A stretch of 64,000 nucleotides of DNA from Streptosporangium soli (lineage in GTDB: Bacteria > Actinomycetota > Actinomycetes > Streptosporangiales > Streptosporangiaceae), in the NCBI GenBank assembly GCA_022213955.1, contig JAKNTW010000009.1:213580-277579 (forward strand). The letters run 5' to 3'. The translations under genes were made by a program, and so were the position numbers. The notes below the pieces were generated by a model. The model ran no database searches. It was given only the letters and a program-made list of their open reading frames with translations, and was not told where the DNA came from. Position 1 is the stretch's first letter; each line of letters opens with the position of its first letter. Below, piece by piece: positions 55,130 to 63,762 of the stretch.

Positions 55130-56003
55130 TCTGCGGCTGGGTGTTGACCCGCCGGGTCGGCCCGCGCCACATGTCGATCGCGTCGGGCTCCGCCGGGTCC
55201 CAGTAGCGCGGTTGCCACGCCGCCTCGTCGGTGATCAGCCGCACGCCGTAGGAGTATTCGTAGGTGAGGCCCTCCGGTCCCTTGAAATAGAGGAAGATCG
55301 CGGTCGACTGGGGGTGCCTGCCGGGGCCCATCTCGATCTCGACGCCCTGCTCCTGCAGGAAATGCCAGTTGCGCATGACGTCGTCGATCGAGTCGACCTG
55401 GAAGTTGATGTGGCACAGGCCCGGTGAGCTGCCCTTGAAGAAGGCCAGCTTGTGGTGGACGGGGTCGATGCGCATCAGGCACGCCCAGTCGCCGATCCAG
55501 TCGGAGGCCCTGGCGTTGAACATGGTGGACCAGAACCGGTGGGCCTCGCGCACGTCGGCGGCGTCGAGGCAGAGATGGCCGAACTCGGTGATGCCCGACG
55601 GCCGGCCGTGCCGCATCGGACGTCGCACCTTGACCTGGTCGATCACCAGGTCGATGCGGTTGCCGAAGGGATCGTCGAAGGCGATGAAGTCGCGGACCCT
55701 GCGCGACCTGGCCTGCTCCGGGGTGCCCCGGGCGACCTTGACGCCGGAGAGCTCCAGCTCGTTCTCGGCGCGTTCGAGTGCGTGTTCGTCAGCGAGGACG
55801 AAGGCGGAGGACAGCACGCCCGAGCAGCCTTCGACGAAGGCCAGGCAGTGGTGGCGGTCGTCGGCGCGCAGATAGGCGACGCCCTCCTCCTCCCCGGCCG
55901 GTTCCATGCCGACGATGTCGACAGCGAACCGCACAGCGGCGGGTAAGTCACCGGCCCCCGAACGGACATATGCGATATCGAGGAGATCGATCACATCACG
56001 CAT
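55104..56003 (-). CDS. extradiol ring-cleavage dioxygenase (two-domain VOC/glyoxalase superfamily, catechol 2,3-dioxygenase-like)
   Basis: Tandem VOC modules with metal-ligand His/Glu (HLCL, HHKLAF, LTYEYSYG). Convergent 26-nt overlap with the preceding LLM gene. Confidence 0.8.
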   Translation of the reverse strand: MRDVIDLLDIAYVRSGAGDLPAAVRFAVDIVGMEPAGEEEGVAYLRADDRHHCLAFVEGCSGVLSSAFVLADEHALERAENELELSGVKVARGTPEQARSRRVRDFIAFDDPFGNRIDLVIDQVKVRRPMRHGRPSGITEFGHLCLDAADVREAHRFWSTMFNARASDWIGDWACLMRIDPVHHKLAFFKGSSPGLCHINFQVDSIDDVMRNWHFLQEQGVEIEMGPGRHPQSTAIFLYFKGPEGLTYEYSYGVRLITDEAAWQPRYWDPAEPDAIDMWRGPTRRVNTQPQIMRALGDE

Positions 56004-56127
56004 TCAACATCCGATTCAGGAGTCCCGCCAGTCCCAAGTTTCGGCGAGCCTGGCGGAGGCGGCGCCGGGACCGTGCTTAGGATCTTGTGGTTCGGGTCGT
56101 GCGCTGGGGGAGCGTGGTGATCTCAGG

Positions 56128-58956
56128 GTGCTTGTTGCCGTGCTCGCGCACTTCGTGGCGGCCGTGGTCGCGCCGGTCGCGGTGCGGCGGCTGGGAGCAC
56201 GGGCGTTCTGGCTGATCGCGGCGGTCCCCGCGGCCGTGACCGGGTGGGCGGTGGTGACCCGCGGGTCGCGGACCGAGGTGTTCTCCTGGGTTCCCGGCTA
56301 CCAGCTCGACCTGGCCTTCCGGATGGACGCGCTCGCGCTGCTGATGGTGGTCGTGGTCGCGGGCGTGGGCGCGCTGGTCCTCGTCTACTGCGGCGGCTAC
56401 TTCAACTCCGGCGACGTCGGACTACCGGGTTTCGCCGGGATGTTCGTCGCGTTCGCGGGGGCGATGCTCGGCCTGGTCCTGGCCGACGACCTCGTCCTGC
56501 TCTACGTCTTCTGGGAACTGACCACCGTCTTCTCCTACCTGCTGATCGGCTTTCACGCGGAGGAGCGCAACAGCAGGCGCGCGGCGATGACCGCGATCGT
56601 GGTCACCACCTTCGGCGGGCTGGCCATGCTGGTCGGACTGATCATGATCGGGCTGGCCGCCGGCACCTTCCGGATCTCCGAGATCATCGCGAGGCCGCCC
56701 TCGGGCGCCACGGTGACCGCCGGGCTGGTGCTCGTGCTGGTGGGCGCGTTGTCGAAGTCGGCGCTGATCCCCTTCCACTTCTGGCTGCCGGGTGCGATGG
56801 CGGCTCCCACCCCGGTCAGCGCCTATCTGCACGCGGCGGCGATGGTGAAGGCCGGCGTCTACCTGGTGGCCAGGCTCTCGCCGGCTTTCGCCGACGTCTC
56901 CCCCTGGCGGACGATCACCGTGGTGTTCGGGCTGGCCACCATGATCATCGGGGGCTGGCGGGCCATGCGGCAGTACGACCTGAAGCTGCTGCTCGCCTTC
57001 GGCACCGTCAGCCAGCTCGGTTTCCTCGTCGTCATGGTCGGCGTGGGCACCTGGGCCGCCGCGCTGGCCGGCGTCTACACGCTGCTCACGCACGCCGCCT
57101 TCAAGGCCGCGTCGTTCATGGTCGTGGGCATCATCGACCACGGCACCGGCACCCGCGACCTGCGCAAACTGAGCGGGCTGCGGTCGGCCGCGCCGGTCAC
57201 CTGTGTGTGCGGGGTGATCGCCGCCGCGTCGATGGCGGGGCTGCCGCCACTCGGCGGATTCGTCAGCAAGGAGGCCGACTTCGCGGCCTTCACCGACGAT
57301 CCGGTCGTGCTCGCCGTACTGGTGCTGGGGTCGATCCTCACCGTCGCCTACAGCGCCCGCTTCGTGTGGGGGGCGTTCGCCGTCAAACCGGGCAGGGAGC
57401 CGACGGTGATGCACGGGCCGGGGGTGTCCCTGTCGGCGCCGGTGGTCGTGCTGACGGTGGCGACGGTGCTGCTCGGCCTGGCGGCGCCGGTGTTCGACCC
57501 GATCGTGGCCAGATACGCGAACGCCTATCCGCCGGGCCCCGACGACGAGCACCTCGCCCTGTGGCACGGCTTCACCCTGCCGCTGGGACTGTCGGCGCTG
57601 GTCCTCCTGGCGGGCGCGGCGCTCTTCGTCGCCCGGGGCGCGGTCTCGCGGGTCCAGGCGGTCCTGCACCCGCACCTCGACGCCGAACGGACCTACCGGC
57701 TGATCATGCACGGCCTGGATCGCGCCGCCGACCAGGCCACCCGCTTCACCCAGCGCGGCTCGCTGCCCGTCTACCTGCGCTTCATCCTGTTCGCGCTGCT
57801 CATGATGCCCGGCAGCGCGCTGCTGGCCGGGCTGCCCTGGGGCGGTGCCGTACGGCTGTGGGACGTGCCGGCCGAGGCCGTGGTCGCGGGCCTGATCTGC
57901 GTCGCCGCCCTCGCCACCGTGAACCAGACGTGGCGGCTCGCCGCGGTCATGTGCGCGGGCGTGACCGGGGTGGGCACGGCCACCATGTTCGTCCTGCACG
58001 GGGCCCCCGACCTGGGGCTGACCCAGTTCCTCACCGAGACGGTGACCCTGGTGGCCTTCGTCCTGGTGCTGCGCAGGCTGCCGCCGAAGTTCGTCGAACG
58101 GCAGGTCGAGGGCATCCGCCGGCTCAACGCGGTGTTCGCCGCCGCCGTGGGCCTGCTGGTGGCGGGCATGGCCTACGTCGCCGTCAACGCCCGTACGGCA
58201 CCGCCCGCCTCCGCAGGCTACCCGGAGGCCGCCATCGAGGCCGGCGGCCACAACATCGTCAACATCGGCCTGGTGGACCTGCGCGCCTGGGACACCATGG
58301 GAGAGAGCTCGGTGCTGCTCATCGCGGCGGCCGGGGTGATCGGCCTGATCTACCTGCGGCGCACGCCGACCATGCCGCGCGCGGGGGAGAGCTCGGGCGA
58401 GGTGTGGGCGCGGCCGGGCGTCCCCTCCTTCGAGGAGCCGGAGGCCGCCCGCCCGGCCGCGACCTGGCTGCGGGGCAGCGAGACGCTGTCCGCCGAACGG
58501 CGGTCGATCGTCTTCGAGGTGACCGCCTGGACGGTCTTCCATCCGATGCTGGTCCTCTCGCTGTTCCTGCTGTTCAGCGGGCACGGCACGCCGGGCGGCG
58601 GATTCGCGGCGGGACTGGTCGCGGGGCTCGCGCTGACCATGCGCTACCTGGCCGGGGGCCGCTACGAACTGGCGGACGCGCTGCCGCTCGGGCCGGGAGT
58701 GTGCCAGGGCGCCGGGCTGACGGTCATCACGGTCACCGGGCTGACCGGGCTGCTGATCTCCGGCGAGGTGTTCAGGGAGACGGTGCTCGACTGGCGCCTG
58801 CCGGTGCTCGGCGAGATCCACTTCCCCACCTCGACGATCTTCGACATCGGCGTCTACCTGGTGGTCATCGGCGTCGTCCTCGACTTCCTGCGCGCGATGG
58901 GCGGCGAGCTGGACCGGCAGGTCGAGGAGGAGGGCGAGGAGGTGATCACCGCGTGA
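56128..58956 (+). CDS. mrpA: Na+(K+)/H+ antiporter subunit A (MrpA/MnhA with fused MrpB-like C-terminal domain)
   Basis: GTG start chosen at 56128 (VLVAVLAHF...). Complex-I NuoL-like helices (WLPGAMAAPTPVSAYLHAAAMVKAG). C-terminal MrpB-like module. Confidence 0.85.
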   Translation: MLVAVLAHFVAAVVAPVAVRRLGARAFWLIAAVPAAVTGWAVVTRGSRTEVFSWVPGYQLDLAFRMDALALLMVVVVAGVGALVLVYCGGYFNSGDVGLPGFAGMFVAFAGAMLGLVLADDLVLLYVFWELTTVFSYLLIGFHAEERNSRRAAMTAIVVTTFGGLAMLVGLIMIGLAAGTFRISEIIARPPSGATVTAGLVLVLVGALSKSALIPFHFWLPGAMAAPTPVSAYLHAAAMVKAGVYLVARLSPAFADVSPWRTITVVFGLATMIIGGWRAMRQYDLKLLLAFGTVSQLGFLVVMVGVGTWAAALAGVYTLLTHAAFKAASFMVVGIIDHGTGTRDLRKLSGLRSAAPVTCVCGVIAAASMAGLPPLGGFVSKEADFAAFTDDPVVLAVLVLGSILTVAYSARFVWGAFAVKPGREPTVMHGPGVSLSAPVVVLTVATVLLGLAAPVFDPIVARYANAYPPGPDDEHLALWHGFTLPLGLSALVLLAGAALFVARGAVSRVQAVLHPHLDAERTYRLIMHGLDRAADQATRFTQRGSLPVYLRFILFALLMMPGSALLAGLPWGGAVRLWDVPAEAVVAGLICVAALATVNQTWRLAAVMCAGVTGVGTATMFVLHGAPDLGLTQFLTETVTLVAFVLVLRRLPPKFVERQVEGIRRLNAVFAAAVGLLVAGMAYVAVNARTAPPASAGYPEAAIEAGGHNIVNIGLVDLRAWDTMGESSVLLIAAAGVIGLIYLRRTPTMPRAGESSGEVWARPGVPSFEEPEAARPAATWLRGSETLSAERRSIVFEVTAWTVFHPMLVLSLFLLFSGHGTPGGGFAAGLVAGLALTMRYLAGGRYELADALPLGPGVCQGAGLTVITVTGLTGLLISGEVFRETVLDWRLPVLGEIHFPTSTIFDIGVYLVVIGVVLDFLRAMGGELDRQVEEEGEEVITA

Positions 58957-59540
58957 CCGGGCCCAACGTGATCCTGTTGGCCACGGTGACCGTGCTGGTG
59001 GCGACCGGGGTGTTCCTGATGCTGGAACGCAGCCTCACCAGGATCATCGTGGGCGTGATCCTGCTCGGCAACGGGGTGAACCTGTTCATCCTGGCCGCCG
59101 GGGGCCCGACGGGGAGGCCGCCCCTCCTCGGGTTCTCGTCCGTGTCCGCGATCAGTGACCCGCTGCCCCAGATCATGATCCTCACCGCGATCGTGATCAC
59201 CCTGGCGCTCGTCGCGTTCCTGCTGGCCCTGGCCCATCGCAGCCGGCAGCTCACCGGCGACGACGAGGTACGCGACGACGAGGAGGACCGCAGGGTCATC
59301 GCCAGGGTCGAGCGCGAACTGGCCAGGGATCGCCTGCGCGAGCAGGCCGAGCGGGTCCGCAGGATCCAGGCCGAGGAGGGCCGCCGCGCGGGCTGGCGGG
59401 CGTGGCGCGGGCTGCGCAGCACGGCACGCGGCGAGCGCAGGGACTTCCGCCGCCGGATGCGCGAGGAATGGGAACGCCAGATGGCCGCCGACGACCCGGA
59501 ACGGGCGATGGACACCACGATGGGCGAGGACGTGCAGTGA
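58953..59540 (+). CDS. mrpC: Na+/H+ antiporter subunit C (MrpC/NuoK-like) with ~80-aa charged C-terminal extension
   Basis: GTGA overlap with mrpA. NuoK-like three-TM core VILLATVTVLVATGVFLML...LGNGVNLFIL. Its stop is duplicated downstream. Confidence 0.8.
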   Translation: MTGPNVILLATVTVLVATGVFLMLERSLTRIIVGVILLGNGVNLFILAAGGPTGRPPLLGFSSVSAISDPLPQIMILTAIVITLALVAFLLALAHRSRQLTGDDEVRDDEEDRRVIARVERELARDRLREQAERVRRIQAEEGRRAGWRAWRGLRSTARGERRDFRRRMREEWERQMAADDPERAMDTTMGEDVQ

Positions 59541-59673
59541 ACGACGTCCGGGGGGTCGACGCCGTTCGTGGGCGGCGCGGTGTGGTGCGCGGCGGCCGAG
59601 AGGTCTGCATGAGGACGGGCGAGGGTGTGGGCGGCGGCCGGGCGATCGACACGGCGATGGGCGGGGGCGTGCG
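59541..59673. repeat. duplicated mrpC/mrpD junction (spacer)
   Basis: cgatgggcgaggacgtgcagtgaacgacgtc (true mrpC end) recurs as cgatgggcgggggcgtgcggtgaacaacgtc immediately before mrpD. An in-frame mini-ORF ...TAMGGGVR* is coupled to mrpD by GTGA. Read positions in this stretch may be off by 1 relative to the ORF track. Confidence 0.7.
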
Positions 59674-61218
59674 GTGAACAACGTCCTCGTGCCGTTGCCC
59701 GTCGTGCTGCCGTTGCTCGCGGCCGGGGTACGGCTCGCCCTCGGGCCCCGGATCACCCGGGTCCAGCGTGGCATCTCCGTCGCTGTCCTGCTGTCGATCG
59801 TGGTCATCGCCGCCGTGCTCGTCTACCAGACCGACAGGTACGGCCCGCAGACCATGGACCCGGGCGGCTGGCCCGCCCCGATCGGCGTCATGCTGGTCGT
59901 CGACCGTCTGTCGGCGCTGATCCTGCTGGTGTCGAGCGTGATCGTCCTCGCTGTGATCGTCTACGCCATCGGGCAGGGAGCCGCCGACAACGACGAGGTC
60001 ACCCCGCTGGCGATCTTCCACCCGGCCTATCTCATCCTGGTCGCCGGAGTCGCCGACACCTTCATGGCGGGCGACCTGTTCAACCTCTATGTCGGCTTCG
60101 AGATCCTGCTGACCGCGAGCTACGTCCTGATCACCATCGGGGGCACGGGCGCGCGGGTGCGCGCGGGGATGACCTACATCGTGGTCAGCCTGCTCTCCTC
60201 GGTGGTCTTCCTGCTGGCCATCGGGCTCTGCTACGCCGCGACCGGCACCCTCACCATGGCCCAGCTCGCCGTACGGCTCGACGCGTTGCCCGACGATGTT
60301 CGCCTGGTGCTCCAGCTGGCGCTGCTCGTCGGGTTCGGCATCAAGGCGGCCGTCTTCCCGTTGTCGGCGTGGCTGCCCGACAGTTATCCGACCACGCCCG
60401 CGCCGATCACCGCGCTCTTCGCGGGGCTGCTGACCAAGGTCGGCGTCTACGCGATGATCCGTACCCAGACGCTGCTCTTCCCCGGCTCGAACCTGACCAC
60501 GTTGCTGCTGGTCGCGGCGGCCCTCACCATGCTCGTCGGGATACTCGGCGCGGTCGCGCAGACCGACATCAAGCGGCTGCTGTCGTTCACGCTGGTCAGT
60601 CACATCGGCTTCATGGTCTTCGGCATCGGCCTCGCCTCGCGGGCCGGGCTGGCCGGGGCGATCTTCTACGTCGCCCACCACATCACCGTGCAGACCACGC
60701 TCTTCCTGGTCACCGGCCTGGTGGAACGGCGTGGCGGCAGCACCTCGATCGAACGGCTGGGCGGGCTGGCCCGGTTGTCGCCGCTGCTGGCGGTGCTGTT
60801 CTTCATCCCGGCGATGAACCTGGCGGGGATACCGCCGCTGTCCGGGTTCCTGGGCAAGCTCGGCCTGCTGCGCGCCGGGGTCGAGGCGGGCACCCCGCTG
60901 GCGTACACGCTGGTCGGGGTGTCGGTGCTGACCAGCCTGCTGACCCTGTACGCCGTCTGCTGGGTGTGGAACCGCGCCTTCTGGGGCGACCGGAGCAAGG
61001 TGCCCGAACCCGGTCAGATCATCCGGACGCGCGAAGGGCTCGGCGGGACGGCCATCGTGGCCGCCGCCTACCCGGGATCGATGGCGGGCACCACCCTGGC
61101 GCTGGTCGGGTTCGCCACCGCCTTCACCGTGGTCGCCGGACCACTGGTGACCTACACCGACCGGGCCGCCGCCGAACTCCTCGAACGCACCCCCTACGTG
61201 ACGGCGGTGCTGCCGTGA
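59674..61218 (+). CDS. mrpD: Na+/H+ antiporter subunit D (MrpD/NuoN-like)
   Basis: 514 aa, 14 TM helices. Conserved GFGIKAAVFPLSAWLPD and HIGF motifs. Confidence 0.9.
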   Translation: MNNVLVPLPVVLPLLAAGVRLALGPRITRVQRGISVAVLLSIVVIAAVLVYQTDRYGPQTMDPGGWPAPIGVMLVVDRLSALILLVSSVIVLAVIVYAIGQGAADNDEVTPLAIFHPAYLILVAGVADTFMAGDLFNLYVGFEILLTASYVLITIGGTGARVRAGMTYIVVSLLSSVVFLLAIGLCYAATGTLTMAQLAVRLDALPDDVRLVLQLALLVGFGIKAAVFPLSAWLPDSYPTTPAPITALFAGLLTKVGVYAMIRTQTLLFPGSNLTTLLLVAAALTMLVGILGAVAQTDIKRLLSFTLVSHIGFMVFGIGLASRAGLAGAIFYVAHHITVQTTLFLVTGLVERRGGSTSIERLGGLARLSPLLAVLFFIPAMNLAGIPPLSGFLGKLGLLRAGVEAGTPLAYTLVGVSVLTSLLTLYAVCWVWNRAFWGDRSKVPEPGQIIRTREGLGGTAIVAAAYPGSMAGTTLALVGFATAFTVVAGPLVTYTDRAAAELLERTPYVTAVLP

Positions 61219-61354
61219 GAGCGCCGGCAGTTCATCGGCCGGACGGGTCAGCGGGCCGCCGGGCGGGCGGTGGTGTCGCCATGATGGCCGGGCAGTCCAC
61301 CGGCCTGGCGTCAGGGGTCGCCGGTGCGCCGTGCGGAGTGACGGCGGTGCTGCC
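61219..61354. repeat. duplicated mrpD/mrpE junction with 25-aa mini-ORF MMAGQSTGLASGVAGAPCGVTAVLP (61281..61358)
   Basis: gtgacggcggtgctgccgtga (the mrpD end VTAVLP*) is repeated at 61333-61358. The mini-ORF ends VTAVLP* with its TGA overlapping the mrpE GTG. Confidence 0.7.
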
Positions 61355-61858
61355 GTGAGGCCCGCGCCGATCATCGGTCTGGCGGCGATCTGGGTGCTGA
61401 TGTGGGGCAACCTGTCCGTCGCCAACGTGCTGTCCGGGGTGCTGGTCGCCGTGCTCATCACCTGGCTGACCCGGCTGCCGAGGGTCGGCGGCGACGCGCG
61501 GATCGCGCCGTGGGGGTGCGTGCGGCTGCTGGGATGGTTCCTGGCCGACATGGTGATCTCCAGTTCGCGCGTCGCCTGGCAGGCCGTACGGCCCGGCCCG
61601 CCGCCCGTCTGCGCGGTGATCGCGGTGACCCTGCGGAGCCGTAGCGACCTCACCATGACGGTCACGGCGCTGACCCTCTCCGCGGTGCCCGGCAGCCTCG
61701 TGGTGGAGGTCAGGAGGTCGGCGGGCATCCTCTACCTGCACGTACTCGGGGTGGACCGCGAGCACGACCTGGAGCACACCCGCCTGGGCGTGCTGGCTCT
61801 GGAGGCCCGCGTGATCCGTGCGATCGGGAGCGGTGAGGAGAGAGGGAGGCTCACGTGA
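61355..61858 (+). CDS. mrpE: Na+/H+ antiporter subunit E (MrpE)
   Basis: GTG start (VRPAPIIGLAAIWVLMWGNLSVANVLSG...). About 167 aa with two or three TM helices, consistent with the MrpE family. Confidence 0.75.
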   Translation: MRPAPIIGLAAIWVLMWGNLSVANVLSGVLVAVLITWLTRLPRVGGDARIAPWGCVRLLGWFLADMVISSSRVAWQAVRPGPPPVCAVIAVTLRSRSDLTMTVTALTLSAVPGSLVVEVRRSAGILYLHVLGVDREHDLEHTRLGVLALEARVIRAIGSGEERGRLT

Positions 61859-61893
61859 TCGGGCGCGGCGAGGAGAGAGGGAGGCTCACGTGA
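61855..61893 (+). other. junction-duplication mini-ORF (12 aa) VIGRGEERGRLT
   Basis: gaggagagagggaggctcacgtga occurs twice (61838-61861 and 61870-61893). The mini-ORF has GTGA overlaps at both ends. Confidence 0.25.
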
Positions 61894-62153
61894 CCGTCGT
61901 CGTGCTCATCGCCGGCGCAATGCTCGGCGTGGCGGCGACCCTGACGCTGATCCGGCTGATCGCCGGGCCGTCCCGCCTGGACAGGGCCGTGGCGTTCGAC
62001 GTGCTCATCGCCATCACCGTGGTGGGGATCGGGATGGAGGCGGCCTACAACCGGCACACCGCCACGCTGCCGATCCTGATGGTCGTATCGATCATCGGGT
62101 TCGTCGGCTCGGTGGCCGTGGCGCGGTTCGCGGCGCGGAGGAACAGTGAGTGA
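61890..62153 (+). CDS. mrpF: Na+/H+ antiporter subunit F (MrpF)
   Basis: GTG start with RBS gaggagagagggagg. 87 aa, three TM helices (VTVVVLIAGAMLGVAATLTLIRLIAGPSRLDRAVAFDVL). Confidence 0.75.
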   Translation: MTVVVLIAGAMLGVAATLTLIRLIAGPSRLDRAVAFDVLIAITVVGIGMEAAYNRHTATLPILMVVSIIGFVGSVAVARFAARRNSE

Positions 62154-62475
62154 CGTCGTCGTCGGGACGCTGCTGATGGTCGGAGGCGTGTTCTCGCTCA
62201 CCGCCGGGATCGGCCTGCTGCGCTTCCCCGACCTGCTCTCGCGCCTGCACACCGGGGCCAAACCGCAGCTCATCGGGCTGGTGGCGACGCTGGTGGCGAT
62301 CGGGGTGAGCACGGGCGCGGCTCTCGACTACGGCATCCTCGCCCTGATCGCCATATTTCAGATCATGACGGCCCCGGTCGCCGCCCACATGGTCGGCCGC
62401 GCCGCCTACCGCGCCGGCAAGGTCCGCGAGGACCTCCTCATCACCGACGAACTCAGCCGCGACCTGGCCGACTGA
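62146..62475 (+). CDS. mrpG: Na+/H+ antiporter subunit G (MrpG)
   Basis: 8-nt overlap with mrpF. MnhG signature LHTGAKPQLIGL. 109 aa. Confidence 0.8.
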   Translation: MSDVVVGTLLMVGGVFSLTAGIGLLRFPDLLSRLHTGAKPQLIGLVATLVAIGVSTGAALDYGILALIAIFQIMTAPVAAHMVGRAAYRAGKVREDLLITDELSRDLAD

Positions 62476-62551
62476 CCGACTGACCGGAGCCCGTACGGCA
62501 CGCCACGGCGCCTCCCGCCGTTGCCGCCCCCGTCGGAGTCCCAGCGTGACT

Positions 62552-62586
62552 GCGGCACCGGCCGGGTCCATTGCGGCCGGTGCCGC
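62552..62586. terminator. bidirectional hairpin terminator candidate (12-bp GC stem GCGGCACCGGCC / GGCCGGTGCCGC, 11-nt loop)
   Basis: Sits between the convergent mrpG and lectin genes. No U-tract, as is usual for high-GC actinomycetes. Confidence 0.45.
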
Positions 62587-62600
62587 TCGCGCACCGCGGG

Positions 62601-63200
62601 TTACACGGCCAGGAAGTACCACAACTGCTGGCCGGCGTACTCGTTGCAGGTCCACTGCTGGATGTTGGCGCCGTTGTGGGTCCAGCCATGGTCGACGTCC
62701 AGGCACTTGCCGCTGTTCCTGTTCTCCAGGAAGTAGAAGGTGTTCCACCACGCGTCGGTGTAGGCGTACTTCCAGCGCCACATCTGCTGTGGAACGTTGA
62801 CGCAGGTCCACTGCTGGACGTTGGCGCCGTCGTGGGTCAGCGCACGATCGACGTCCAGGCACTTGCCGCTGTGCTGGGCGCGGATGAAGAACCACTCGCT
62901 GCCGGGCGTCACCCGTAGGTACTGCCAACGCTGCTGGGGCACGTTGACGCAGGCCCACTGCTTCACGTTCGCGCCGTCGTGGGTGTAGGCGTTGTCGACA
63001 TCCACGCACGTTTCCGGCGCCGGGAAACGCCGGTGGATCTCGAACAGGTACGACCAGGTATCCGCCGTCTGCCCACTCCTCGCCACGGCGCCGGCGGCCG
63101 GCGGAGCCGGCGACCACACGGGCACGGCGAGAGACAGGAGCATGACCACGGTCAGCAGCCCACGGCGACCACTCCATCGATGATTCAAGTCATTGCGCAC
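62601..63200 (-). CDS. secreted ricin-B (beta-trefoil) lectin domain protein
   Basis: Signal peptide. Three QxW repeats (GANVKQWACVNVPQQRWQY, GANVQQWTCVNVPQQMWRW, GANIQQWTCNEYAGQQLWYF). Confidence 0.8.
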   Translation of the reverse strand: MRNDLNHRWSGRRGLLTVVMLLSLAVPVWSPAPPAAGAVARSGQTADTWSYLFEIHRRFPAPETCVDVDNAYTHDGANVKQWACVNVPQQRWQYLRVTPGSEWFFIRAQHSGKCLDVDRALTHDGANVQQWTCVNVPQQMWRWKYAYTDAWWNTFYFLENRNSGKCLDVDHGWTHNGANIQQWTCNEYAGQQLWYFLAV

Positions 63201-63348
63201 GACACGCTCCCTACGACGTCCTTGCCGACCCTTGAAGGCTGCCCCTCGGGAACATTCCGGGCATGAGTAACCCCCTACTCGGATGGGCGTAGGGGGTTGA
63301 CGAGCATGCGGCGCGACCTGATCACTAAGACGCAGGAGTCGCCCACCC

Positions 63349-63672
63349 CTAAGTCGACACCCCTTGCGCCTGGGGCGTGGCCAGGGCGTCGAGCAGGCCG
63401 GGGAACGCCTGGTCCATCTCGGCGCGGCGCAGGGCGTTCATCCGCGAGGTTCCGACGTAGTACTGCCGGATCAGGCCCGCCTCGCGCAGCACCTTGAAGT
63501 GGTGGGTGGCGGTGGACTTGCTGACAGAGATGTCGAAAGCGCCGCAGGTGATGTCCTCGCAGGCGGTGTCGAGCTGGATGACGATGCTCCGGCGTACCGG
63601 ATCGACGAGAGCCTCCAGCACCTGCTGGAGGTTGAACTTCGACACCTCAGGGTGCGACGGCGTACGGTCCAT
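63349..63672 (-). CDS. ArsR/SmtB family metalloregulator-like transcriptional regulator
   Basis: HTH VSKSTATHHFKVLREAGLI. Metal-site-like Cys pair CEDITCGAFD. 107 aa. Confidence 0.8.
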   Translation of the reverse strand: MDRTPSHPEVSKFNLQQVLEALVDPVRRSIVIQLDTACEDITCGAFDISVSKSTATHHFKVLREAGLIRQYYVGTSRMNALRRAEMDQAFPGLLDALATPQAQGVST

Positions 63673-63762
63673 GGCCTCATAGTACGACAGCCATCAAAGT
63701 TTGACGGCGGTCGTACTTCTGTGTCACCGTAGGCCCAGTTCCCAGCGAGTGAAGGACGGTGG

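Noticed and set aside
55906-56127. Upstream extension of mrpA to the ATG at 55906 (1016-aa ORF)
   Set aside because: The extension overlaps the divergent dioxygenase gene and encodes a non-membrane, low-complexity segment. The MrpA homology and a GGGGAG RBS support the GTG at 56128.
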